A stretch of 46,756 bases of DNA from Rhodobacter sp. GTDB taxonomy: Bacteria; Pseudomonadota; Alphaproteobacteria; Rhodobacterales; Rhodobacteraceae. Positions 28,228 through 36,979 of the stretch are shown in pieces. The notes below the pieces were generated by a model that did not search any database, was not told the DNA's origin, and worked only from the letters and a program-made list of their open reading frames with translations. Each line of letters starts with the position of its first letter. Position 1 is the first letter of the stretch. Position numbers and translations under genes: made by a program. The stretch lies in the NCBI GenBank assembly GCA_013824055.1, contig PNNE01000460.1, forward strand, positions 1 through 46,756. The letters run 5' to 3'.

Positions 28228-28947
28228 ATGAGCGAACCGGGGAGCCTGATCCGAACGCTCTCCGGGCGGCCAGCAGCGCGGAATTACCATTCCTACGTCA
28301 TCAACGAGGTCGGTCGCGCCATCGTCTCGGGTGACATGCCGGTGGGGTCAAGCCTGCCCGGCGATGCCGAGATGATGGACCGGTTCGGCGTTTCCCGCAC
28401 CGTGCTGCGCGAGGCGCTGAAGACGCTGGAGGCGAAGGGCCTGGTCGAAGCCCGCGCCAAGGTCGGCACCCGTGTCCTGCCGCAGTCGCGCTGGAACCTG
28501 TTCGACCGGCAGATCCTGGCGTGGAAGCTGGAAAGCGGCCCCTCGCCCGCGTTCCTTGCGTCGTTCCAGATCATCCGCGAAAGTATTGAAGTTCAGGCCG
28601 CCCGCCTCGCCGCCCGGCACCGCGAGGCCGAACACGTCCGGCTCCTGACCTACTGGCTCAACCAGCGCGCGGTGATGGCCCAGCAGCCCGAACCCTTTGC
28701 GATGGCCGAGTTCGAGATCCACCGTGTCGTGGCCGAGGCCTCCGGCAATCCCTTCCTCCGCGCCGCCTCTGCGATCATGGAATTCGGTGTGGCGGTCAGC
28801 GTCCTGGCGCAACTGGGTCAGGACTTGTCCGCCCCGCCCGGCGGCCTTGCCCAAGCCCATGCAGCGGGGTACGAGGCCCTTGTCCGTGCCATCGAACGCG
28901 GCGACGCCGACACCGCAGCGGCACAAATGGCCGCGCTCACGCGCTGA
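28228..28947 (+). CDS. FadR/GntR-family regulator (DgoR-like)
   Basis: FGVSRTVLREALKTLEAKGLVEARAKVGTRV HTH, WNLFD and an FCD domain. Confidence 0.88.
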   Translation: MSEPGSLIRTLSGRPAARNYHSYVINEVGRAIVSGDMPVGSSLPGDAEMMDRFGVSRTVLREALKTLEAKGLVEARAKVGTRVLPQSRWNLFDRQILAWKLESGPSPAFLASFQIIRESIEVQAARLAARHREAEHVRLLTYWLNQRAVMAQQPEPFAMAEFEIHRVVAEASGNPFLRAASAIMEFGVAVSVLAQLGQDLSAPPGGLAQAHAAGYEALVRAIERGDADTAAAQMAALTR

Positions 28948-28950
28948 AAC

Positions 28951-29964
28951 TCACCCGCCCCAGGTGTCCGACAGCCGGAATCCCAGCGGGAACGGATCGC
29001 TCGGGTCCAGCCCGATCTGGCTGATCCCGTAGATCCAGCCCCGCCCCGAAACCCGGTTTCTGGTGGCCCTGTACGGCCCCACCGCGGTCTCCTCGACGAA
29101 CTCCGTCACGAACTCCCCCCCGATGATCGACCGCGAGACCACCCGGTCCCCCCGCTTCACCAGCGCCCGCGCATGCAGCACCGCCATGTTCGAATTCGAC
29201 CCCGTCCCGCAAGGCGACCGATCCACCCGCCCCGGCCGCAGCGTCGTGCAGGTCCGCACCGCCCCGTCCGCCTCGTCCGACCGGAACATCACATAGGAAA
29301 GCCCGTTCAACGCAGGCTGCACCGGATGCAGCGCCGGCTCTGCCGCCGCGATCCGGCTGTGCAGCTCCACCCCCAGCATCGCCAGATCCCGCGCCTTTTC
29401 GGGGACGATGGTCAGCCCCACCTGATCCACGTCGATCAAGGCGTAGAAGACCCCGCCAAAGCAGAGATCATAGCGGACCTGACCCCATTCGCCGGTCTCG
29501 ATCACTCCCGCTTTCGCCAGGAACGACGGCGGCATGTCCAGCGTGACCCGCACGACCTTGCCGCCCTCGCACTCTGCCGTCGCGACCACCAGCCCCGCCG
29601 CCGTATCCAGCGTCACCACACTGACCGGCTCGACCATCGGCACCATCCCGGTCTCGAGCAAGGCCGTCGTGGCACAGATCGCGTTCGAGCCCGACATCGC
29701 ATGCGCCTGATCCGGCTGCAGCACGATGAACCCCACATCGGCACGCGGATCGCAGGCTGGCGTCAGCAGGCAGAACGACCCCGCCGGACCCGACCGGGGC
29801 TCCGAGCACAACCACCGCCGCAGCCCGTCATCCACCGTGTTCAGGTGCTGCAGCTTCTCGGCCATCGTCGCGCCGGGGATGTTCAGCACGCCCCCGGTAA
29901 TCACGCGCCCGATCTCCCCCTCGCAGTGCACGTCAACCGTCTGTATCGTCCTGCTCCAGCGCAT
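28951..29964 (-). CDS. Proline racemase-family enzyme with a Ser/Cys dyad (3-hydroxyproline 2-epimerase-like)
   Basis: VDVHCEGEIGRVITGG, MSGSN (Ser in place of the first catalytic Cys), DRSPCGTG. Confidence 0.85.
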   Translation of the reverse strand: MRWSRTIQTVDVHCEGEIGRVITGGVLNIPGATMAEKLQHLNTVDDGLRRWLCSEPRSGPAGSFCLLTPACDPRADVGFIVLQPDQAHAMSGSNAICATTALLETGMVPMVEPVSVVTLDTAAGLVVATAECEGGKVVRVTLDMPPSFLAKAGVIETGEWGQVRYDLCFGGVFYALIDVDQVGLTIVPEKARDLAMLGVELHSRIAAAEPALHPVQPALNGLSYVMFRSDEADGAVRTCTTLRPGRVDRSPCGTGSNSNMAVLHARALVKRGDRVVSRSIIGGEFVTEFVEETAVGPYRATRNRVSGRGWIYGISQIGLDPSDPFPLGFRLSDTWGG

Positions 29965-29975
29965 CGCGGCCCCCC

Positions 29976-30860
29976 TCAGGTCCAGTTCAGGATCGGCTGC
30001 ATCGCCGCCGCGAACTCGGCCTTCTCGGCGTCGGTCAACGGGCCGAAGGGCATCCGGCACTCGCCCACCGGGTTGCCCTGCAACGCGCAACCATATTTCA
30101 GCTTCTGCACGAACTTGCCCGATTCCAGCACGTTCATCGCGGGCCAGACCGCCTGCATGATCGCTTTCGCGCGGGCATGGTCGCCCGCCCGGAAGGCCGC
30201 GTCCATCTGGCAGACCGGCTTGGCCATGCAGTTCGCCGGGCCGCAGATCCAGCTGTCGGCCCCCCAATGCATGAAGTCCCAGGCGATGTCGTCCGAACCC
30301 GACACCAGCTGAATCCGCCCCGCATAGCGTTGCGAAATCCCGATCGCCCGCTGCAGGACGCCCGAGCTTTCCTTGATCCCGATGATCCGCGGGTTGTCGG
30401 CCAGCGCGTCCAGCGCCTGGTATTCGATCTCGACCCCGTCCTTGCCGGGGTAAGAGTAGAGCACGATGTTCATGTCGGTCGCGTCGATCACCGCGTTGAA
30501 GTGGCGGATGATTTCGGCCTGCGTCGGCCTGGTGTAGAACGGCACCGCCAGCAGGACGGCGTGGTAGCCCATCTCCTGCGCCCGCCGCGTGTTCGCGATC
30601 ACGCCAGCGGTGGATGGAGCGTTGGTCCCCGCGATCAGCGTCTCGCCCGACCTGGCGAAATCCTTCACGAAGCGCAGCACCTGGTCGCGTTCGGCGTCGC
30701 TCATCAGGTTGTATTCGCCCGAGGACCCGCAGGGCACCCAGCCCGAGACCCCCGCCGCGCGAAGCATGGTCAGGTGCCGTTCGAACGCCGCAAAGTCGAT
30801 CTGCCCCCTGGCATCGAACGGGGTGACAAGCGCTGGCATGACGCCGGACAGCTTCAGCAT
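29976..30860 (-). CDS. DapA/NAL-family enzyme (pyrroline-hydroxy-carboxylate deaminase-like)
   Basis: PALVTPF, CGSSGEY, LYSYP, Schiff-base GIKESSG, GSDD; co-oriented with the proline racemase-family gene. Confidence 0.8.
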   Translation of the reverse strand: MLKLSGVMPALVTPFDARGQIDFAAFERHLTMLRAAGVSGWVPCGSSGEYNLMSDAERDQVLRFVKDFARSGETLIAGTNAPSTAGVIANTRRAQEMGYHAVLLAVPFYTRPTQAEIIRHFNAVIDATDMNIVLYSYPGKDGVEIEYQALDALADNPRIIGIKESSGVLQRAIGISQRYAGRIQLVSGSDDIAWDFMHWGADSWICGPANCMAKPVCQMDAAFRAGDHARAKAIMQAVWPAMNVLESGKFVQKLKYGCALQGNPVGECRMPFGPLTDAEKAEFAAAMQPILNWT

Positions 30861-30996
30861 TTCAGACTCCTCTCGGGGCGGCGATTGACCTGGCAACATG
30901 GCGACAGAGTGACGACATGTCAAATCCAGAATATACCGTGTCGACTTGATGCACCCCTTCGGCTATGCTTCCTGCATGTTGTCCAGGGGGCCCGCC

Positions 30997-31716
30997 ATGC
31001 GCGACGAGACGGAACCGAAACGGGTCAAGGGCACCGGCGTCAAGTTCGCCTATGAGACCTTGCGGGACGAGATCCTGTCGCTGGACCTGGAACCTGGCGC
31101 GGTGCTGGACGAAACCTCGCTGGCCGAGCGCTTTGGCATGTCCCGTTCCCCCGTGCGCGAGGCGCTGATCCGGCTGGCGGGCGATGACCTGGTGGTGACG
31201 CTGTCGAACCGCTCGACCGTCGTGGCGCCGATCGACCTGCAAAGCTTTCCGAAATACGTCGAGGCCCTGGACGTCGCGCAACGGATGAACACCCGCCTTG
31301 CGGCCGAACTGCGGACCGAGCTGGACCTGAAGACCATCGCGCGGCGGCAGAAGGAATTTGTCGCTGCGGTGTCGAAAGGCGAACACCTGGCGATGTCCGA
31401 GGCGAACAAGAACTTCCACATGGCCATCGCGCAGGCGGGCCGGAATCCCTACCTTTCGGCGTTCTACGAACGCCTGCTGAACCAGGGCCGCCGGATGCTT
31501 CACCTGCATTTCGCCTATCTGGAGCAGGGCGATGGCGAGGTGCTGCTGACCGATGAGCATGACGAAATGCTGGCCGCGATTCGCGACCGCGATGTGGCGC
31601 GGGCCGACGCGCTGGCCCATGCCCATACCCGGCAGTTTCGCGACAACTTCATCAGCTACATGACGCAGAACCACCTGACGGACGCGCCCTTCGTGTCGCT
31701 GGGTCCGGCGGCTTAA
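30997..31716 (+). CDS. GntR-family (FCD) regulator
   Basis: YETLRDEI...LAERFGMSRSPVREALIRL, FHMAIA, EH; divergent from the dapA-like gene. Confidence 0.9.
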   Translation: MRDETEPKRVKGTGVKFAYETLRDEILSLDLEPGAVLDETSLAERFGMSRSPVREALIRLAGDDLVVTLSNRSTVVAPIDLQSFPKYVEALDVAQRMNTRLAAELRTELDLKTIARRQKEFVAAVSKGEHLAMSEANKNFHMAIAQAGRNPYLSAFYERLLNQGRRMLHLHFAYLEQGDGEVLLTDEHDEMLAAIRDRDVARADALAHAHTRQFRDNFISYMTQNHLTDAPFVSLGPAA

Positions 31717-31721
31717 GGCAT

Positions 31722-31789
31722 CCCCGCCCCGGACTTGATCCGGGGCCTCTTGCGATGACGGGAGGCCCCGGATCAAGTCCGGGGCGGGG
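31722..31789. repeat. Paired REP-type element (28-bp perfect inverted repeat)
   Basis: CCCCGCCCCGGACTTGATCCGGGGCCTC (31722-31749) and its exact reverse complement (31762-31789). Each arm is itself a hairpin. Confidence 0.85.
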
Positions 31790-31792
31790 TCG

Positions 31793-32038
31793 CTAACCCC
31801 CCTTCAACCTTTGCAAAAGAAACACTTCGCTGTCCGGTTTCACCGGTGCCGAGCGGTTGTTGGCGATGACCTCGCCGTCCACCGCCACCGACAAGCCGGC
31901 CTTGATCGCCGGTCCCAGGCCCGGATGCGCCCGTTCCAGCGCATCCAGCATCTGACCCACGGTCGCGGCATCGACCTCCACCACCTCCTGGCCCTCGGCG
32001 AATCGCCGCAGGCTGGCCCAGAGATGGACCCTTGCCAT
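31793..32038 (-). CDS. MoaD/ThiS-family sulfur carrier
   Basis: 81-aa beta-grasp pattern ending in LKGG; starts immediately after the large-subunit stop. Confidence 0.85.
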   Translation of the reverse strand: MARVHLWASLRRFAEGQEVVEVDAATVGQMLDALERAHPGLGPAIKAGLSVAVDGEVIANNRSAPVKPDSEVFLLQRLKGG

Positions 32039-34288
32039 TCAGGTTCTCGCGGCCTTGATCGCCGCCAGCACCTTGGGCGGAGAGCAGGGCAGGCTGCGGA
32101 TGCGCGCTCCCGTGGCCCCCGCGATGGCCGAAGCGACGGCGGGCAGCGGCGGAGTGATCCCCGTCTCGCCCACGCCGCGCACGCCATAGGGGTGGCCGGG
32201 GTTCGGGACCTCGATGATCACCGTGTCGATCATCGGCAGGTCGCTGGCGACCGGGATGCGGTAATCCAGGAACACCGGGTTCTGCAGCCGCCCGTCGGCA
32301 CCGTAGACGTATTCCTCGTTCAGCGCCCAGCCGATGCCCTGCGCGGCCCCGCCCTGGTACTGGCCCTCGACATAGGCCGGATGGATCGCCGTGCCCGCAT
32401 CCTGCACCACCAGATAGCGCAGCACCGTGGTCCGCCCCGTTTCCGGGTCCACTTCGACATCGACGACATGGGTGCCGAAGCTGGCCCCGACACCCTCGGC
32501 CGTCACCTCGTGGTGGCCCGAGATCGGCCCGCCGGTCGAGCCCATCTTGGCCCCGATCTCGCCGATGGTCATCGGTGGGAACTTGCCCGCGTTCGGCCCG
32601 GCCGGGTGTGCCGCGCCGTCCTTCCATTCGACTGCATCCGCGTCGATGCCCCAGTCGGCGGCGGCGCGACGGCACATCTCGGCAATCGCCTGCCGCGCAG
32701 CTTCCACCGCCGCCTTGCCGCTGGCGAATGTCGCGCGGCTGCCGTGGGTCGGTTCGTTGACGCCAAGCGCGCCGGTTTCGACCACGTTCACCCGGACGTT
32801 CTCATAGGGGATGCCCAGCGTTTCCGCGACCATCAGCCCGATGGAGGCGCGGCTGCCGCCGATGTCGGGGGTTCCGATCATCACGGTGGCCGTGCCATCC
32901 TCGCCCACCGCCAGCGTGACCGAGGTCTCGCCGCCGTGGTTGAACCAGAAGCCCGAGGCGACGCCGCGTCCCTGGTTCGGCCCCAGCGGAATCGCGTAAT
33001 TCGGATGCGCCTGCGCGGCCTCCAGCGTCTCTTTCAACCCGATCACATTGTAGACCGGGCCGTAAGACGATTTCGACCCATTGGTCGCGCCGTTCTTCAG
33101 CCGCACCTCGATCGGGTCAAGCTTCAGCTCGCGGCACATCTCGTCAACGAGACTCTCCACCGCGAAGGCCGCCATCGGCGAGCCCGGCGCGCGGTAGGCG
33201 GCGGCTTTCGGGCGGTTGGCGATCACTTCCACCGCCTCGTGCTTCAAGGCGGGGATGTCATAGCAGGCAAAGGCGCAGGGCAGCGCCTCGCCAATCGGGG
33301 ACATGCCGCGGAACGCCCCGCCCTGCATCCGGAAATAGACCTGACCCGCCGTGATCGTGCCGTCGGTCTTCATGCCCAGCTTGACGTCCATCGAGGCCGA
33401 GGCCGTCGGCCCGGTCGCCCGCAGCACCTCGGACCGGCTCATCACCAGCTTGACCGGCCGTCCGCCCGCTTTTTTCGACAGCGCCAAGGACAGCGGTTCC
33501 ATGAAGATCGTGGTCTTGCCGCCAAAGCCGCCGCCAATCTCGGAGGGCGTGACCCGCAGGTTCGCCGCCTCGATCCCGAGGACTGCCGCGCACATCCGGC
33601 GGATGTACCAATGGCCCTGGGTGCAGACCCACATCTCGCCGCGCCCATCCTCGCCCATCTGGCCGACGCAGGCGTGGGGTTCGATGTAGCCCTGATGGGT
33701 GGCCTCGGTCTTGTAGGTCTGCGCGCGCACGATGTCGGCGGCGGCAAAGCCCGCCTCGACGTCGCCATGCCCGAACTCCATGTAGCGGGCGACGTTGCCG
33801 TGCATGCCCTCCGGCACCGAATAATCCGCGACACCTTCGCGGATCACGGGCGCACCGGGGGCCATCGCCGCATCGACATCGGTCACATGCGGCAGGACCT
33901 CGTAGGTGACCTCGATCAGCCGCGCCGCGTCCTGCGCCAGAAGCGCCGAACTCGCCGCCACTGCCGCCACCGCGTGCCCGTCGTAAAGCGCCGTGTCCCC
34001 GGCCAGCGTGTTGTCCTGCAGGTTCAGATCCTCGCCCGTCAGCCCGGTCGGCAAGTCGGCCCGCGTCACCACGGCCTTGACCCCGTCCAGCGCCAGGGCC
34101 TTCGAGGCGTCGATCTTCACGATCCGCGCATGGGCATGGGGCGACCGCACCACGGCGGCATGCAGCATCCCCGGCAGGGAGAAGTCAGCCCCATAGCGCG
34201 CCCGGCCCGTCACCTTGTCCAGCCCGTCCGGGCGGTTGGGGCGGGTGCCGATCAGCTTGTATCCGGTCTTCACATCATCCCGTGCCAT
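32039..34288 (-). CDS. Xanthine dehydrogenase-family molybdopterin-binding large subunit
   Basis: DKVTGRARY, RSPHAHARI, IGGGFGGK, AYRAPG, EGQYQGGAAQGIG, RGVGETG. Confidence 0.9.
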   Translation of the reverse strand: MARDDVKTGYKLIGTRPNRPDGLDKVTGRARYGADFSLPGMLHAAVVRSPHAHARIVKIDASKALALDGVKAVVTRADLPTGLTGEDLNLQDNTLAGDTALYDGHAVAAVAASSALLAQDAARLIEVTYEVLPHVTDVDAAMAPGAPVIREGVADYSVPEGMHGNVARYMEFGHGDVEAGFAAADIVRAQTYKTEATHQGYIEPHACVGQMGEDGRGEMWVCTQGHWYIRRMCAAVLGIEAANLRVTPSEIGGGFGGKTTIFMEPLSLALSKKAGGRPVKLVMSRSEVLRATGPTASASMDVKLGMKTDGTITAGQVYFRMQGGAFRGMSPIGEALPCAFACYDIPALKHEAVEVIANRPKAAAYRAPGSPMAAFAVESLVDEMCRELKLDPIEVRLKNGATNGSKSSYGPVYNVIGLKETLEAAQAHPNYAIPLGPNQGRGVASGFWFNHGGETSVTLAVGEDGTATVMIGTPDIGGSRASIGLMVAETLGIPYENVRVNVVETGALGVNEPTHGSRATFASGKAAVEAARQAIAEMCRRAAADWGIDADAVEWKDGAAHPAGPNAGKFPPMTIGEIGAKMGSTGGPISGHHEVTAEGVGASFGTHVVDVEVDPETGRTTVLRYLVVQDAGTAIHPAYVEGQYQGGAAQGIGWALNEEYVYGADGRLQNPVFLDYRIPVASDLPMIDTVIIEVPNPGHPYGVRGVGETGITPPLPAVASAIAGATGARIRSLPCSPPKVLAAIKAART

Positions 34289-34776
34289 CACGCAGCTCCC
34301 CGATGATCCTGACGCATTTCCGCCGCCGCGTCCTGCACGGCCCGGATGATCTTGTCATAGCCGGTGCAGCGGCACAGGTTTCCGGCCAGCCAGTAGCGCA
34401 CTTCGGTATCGGTCGGGTCGGGGTTCCGCTCCAGCAAGGCCTTCGCCGCGACCAGGATACCCGGAGTGCAATAGCCGCACTGCAAGGCCGCATGTTCGAT
34501 GAACTTGCGCTGCAACGGGTGCAGCTCTTCCCTGGCCATGCCCTCGATGGTTTCCACCCGCTTGCCATTGGCTTCCGCCGCCAGCATCAGGCAGGAACAG
34601 ACCAGCGTCCCGTCCACAGTGACCGAACAGGCCCCGCAGTCGCCGGTGCCGCAGCCTTCCTTGGTGCCGGTCAGGTCCAGCTGGTTGCGCAGCGCATCCA
34701 GCAGCGTCTCGCGCGGGTCGGCCAGGAACTCGACCGGGTCGCCGTTGACAGTGGTAGAGACGTGAATCTTGCTCAT
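34288..34776 (-). CDS. 2x[2Fe-2S] small subunit (CoxS-like)
   Basis: GTKEGCGTGDCGAC...CSC, QCGYCTPG, GNLCRCTGY. Confidence 0.93.
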   Translation of the reverse strand: MSKIHVSTTVNGDPVEFLADPRETLLDALRNQLDLTGTKEGCGTGDCGACSVTVDGTLVCSCLMLAAEANGKRVETIEGMAREELHPLQRKFIEHAALQCGYCTPGILVAAKALLERNPDPTDTEVRYWLAGNLCRCTGYDKIIRAVQDAAAEMRQDHRGAA

Positions 34777-35637
34777 TTGCCCATTCCTTTCGCCCGGTCA
34801 TAGGCGATCCTGGCCGCCCGGCGCGCGAGAACGCCCGCCACTTCGATGCGGAATTCTTTCGTCCCGCGCTTGTCGGAAATCGGCTTCGCCGCGCCTTCCG
34901 CCGCCTTGGCCAGCGCGGCCAAGGCCGCATCGTCCAGCACCGTGCCGATGATCGCCTGCGCCGCAGCTTCGGACAGGATCACGGTCGGAGCGACCGCGCC
35001 CAGCGCAACCCGCGCCTCCACGATCCTGTCGCCGTCCAGCCGCAGGCTGACCGCGCAGCCGACCACGGCGATGTCCATCTCGGTCCGCGGAATGAAGCGC
35101 AGGTAGCAGTCGCCCCCGTTCTTGCCCCGCGGCGGCAGGGTGATCGACGAGATCACCTCGCCCTTCGCCAGGTTGGTCTTGCCCGGCCCCGCCGGAACCG
35201 CCTCGACCGCGATCTCGCGCGTCCCGTTCGGCCCGGTCACCGTGACCGACCCCCGCCGCAATCAGCCCCGGCACCGAATCGGCGGCGGGCGAGCCGTTGC
35301 ACAGGTTCCCCGCCAGCGTCGCCCGACCCTGCACCTGGGTCGAGCCGACCAGGTTCATCCCCTCGACCACGCCGGGCCAGTCGCGCACCAGGCCCTCGTG
35401 TCCGCCCAGCACGATCCCAGGCACCGCGATCCCGATCTTCCAGCCGCCGTCGGGCGTCTGCACGATCCGGTCGACGCCCGGGATATGCTTCAGGTCGATC
35501 AGGTCATCCGGCTGCACCATCCCGGCGCGCATCTGCACCAGGACATCCGTCCCCCCCGCCAGAAAGCGCAGGGTCCCGGTCGCCTTGGCCGCAATGGCCG
35601 CCGCATCCGCAAAGCTGGTGGGTGTATGGTATCGCAT
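34773..35637 (-). CDS. FAD-binding medium subunit (CoxM-like; frameshift near 35252)
   Basis: LAGGTDV, QVQGRATLAGNLCNGSPAAD, then SVTVTGPNG...RFIPRTEMDIAVVG...PISDKRGT in a second frame. The break is at a G5 run on the coding strand. Confidence 0.88.
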
Positions 35638-35735
35638 GTCGTCTCCCTGACCCTCTGGCAGGCGTTCCGTCGTCGCCGATTGCACATGACTTTGCTGCAG
35701 CCTGCAGCCCGCCGCAATGCCCCTGAGCGACGCCT

Positions 35736-36134
35736 TCAGTCTGTCGCCGACCTGAAGCGCAACGCAAGCGACATCTGGCGGCCCTGGCCCTGGCTGTCAC
35801 CCAGCAACTGCCGCAGCAGATCGGCCACCGTGTTCTCGCTGAAGGGCGAGGCAAGGACAGGCGCGCCTTCCGCCTCGGCCTCGCTGACCGGGCCGCGAAA
35901 GGCGTAGGGCACCTCCAGACTGTGCAGGGCGATGCCGGCCGGAGTCCGCTTGAACCCGCGCGGTTCGTGGTGGATCAGCACGGCGCGCGGGGGTCTGATG
36001 ACCAGCTCGGCCAAAGCCGCGCCGGGCGAGGGAAAGACGACGACCTCTGCGGCCGGGTCGTTCACCCGGATCGCATGGGCAAGATCGTCCGCGACGATCT
36101 GGTCGGGGTCGATGACGAAGTAGCGATTCTGCAC
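35736..36134 (-). CDS. Degenerate single-domain receiver (pseudo-receiver)
   Basis: CheY-like pattern YFVIDPDQIVADDL...PRAVLIH...VLASPFSENTV. The phospho-Asp position reads His and KPF reads SPF. GTG start inferred. Confidence 0.55.
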   Translation of the reverse strand: MQNRYFVIDPDQIVADDLAHAIRVNDPAAEVVVFPSPGAALAELVIRPPRAVLIHHEPRGFKRTPAGIALHSLEVPYAFRGPVSEAEAEGAPVLASPFSENTVADLLRQLLGDSQGQGRQMSLALRFRSATD

Positions 36135-36229
36135 TGATCTGCCCCTGGATCGTTGACGTTCCGCCGCCTGACCCTGAAGGTAAGTCCAGACAGCCGCATC
36201 AACCTGTGATGAGAGAAAGGTCAAAACCG

Positions 36230-36964
36230 ATGACCAAAGTCACGGACTGCCTGGACTGCCCGTTGCGAAGCCGTCGGCTGTTCGTTCCGCTGACCGAAAG
36301 CGAGCTTGCCTTCCAGCGCCGCTTCAAGGCCGGTGAGCGGCTTGTCCAGGCCGGGGGCGACATCATCCTGCAGGGCCAGGCCTCGTCGTCGCTTTACACG
36401 CTGCTGTCGGGCATGGCGGTCCGGTCCGTCACGCTGGAAAGCGGGCAGCGCCAGGTCATCAGCTTTGTCTTCCCCGGGGACCTGATCGGTCTGCAATCGG
36501 GGATCATGGGCGAAGCGCGCCACACGGTCACTGCAGTGACCGACACCATCCTGTGCACCTTCCCCCGCGACCGGGTCTGGAAGCTGTTCCGCAACCAGCC
36601 CGCCCGCGCCTACGACCTGACCTGGATCGCAGCGGTCGAAGAGCATTTTCTGGGCGAGACGGTGGCCACCCTGGGCCAGCGTGACGCGACGCAGCGTATC
36701 GCCTGGGCGCTGGTCCGCATCTGGCGTCGGCTCGCCGCAATCGGTATGGACGACGGTGGCTCGGTGCCGTTTCCCTTCCGGCAGCATGACCTGGCGGACG
36801 CGGTCGGCCTTTCGGTCGTGCATACCAGCCGGGTGATCGTCGCCCTGCGCAACGGCGGGCTGGCGCGCATTGCGGGCAGGCGGCTGGAAATGCTGGATCA
36901 TGCCGGGCTGTCCCGGCTGGCGCTCATGGACATGGAGAAGGAAGATGTGCGGCCGATCCTCTGA
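36230..36964 (+). CDS. Crp/Fnr-family regulator with an N-terminal CxxC
   Basis: CLDCPL, GQRQVISFVFPGDLIGL, LGQRDATQRIA, QHDLADAVGLSVVHTSR HTH. Confidence 0.9.
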   Translation: MTKVTDCLDCPLRSRRLFVPLTESELAFQRRFKAGERLVQAGGDIILQGQASSSLYTLLSGMAVRSVTLESGQRQVISFVFPGDLIGLQSGIMGEARHTVTAVTDTILCTFPRDRVWKLFRNQPARAYDLTWIAAVEEHFLGETVATLGQRDATQRIAWALVRIWRRLAAIGMDDGGSVPFPFRQHDLADAVGLSVVHTSRVIVALRNGGLARIAGRRLEMLDHAGLSRLALMDMEKEDVRPIL

Positions 36965-36979
36965 CCGAAACACCCGGCA

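Noticed and set aside
29976-30860. Housekeeping dapA for lysine synthesis
   Set aside because: GSSGE/KESSG variants and the catabolic context point to a paralogue.
32039-35637. Aerobic CO dehydrogenase (coxMSL)
   Set aside because: The large subunit lacks the AYxCSFR and AYRGAGR motifs, and no coxDEFG genes are present.
36140-36229. FNR/CRP box or EcfG promoter between the pseudo-receiver and crp genes
   Set aside because: Only half-sites (GGTCAA, GGAAC) without a correctly spaced partner.
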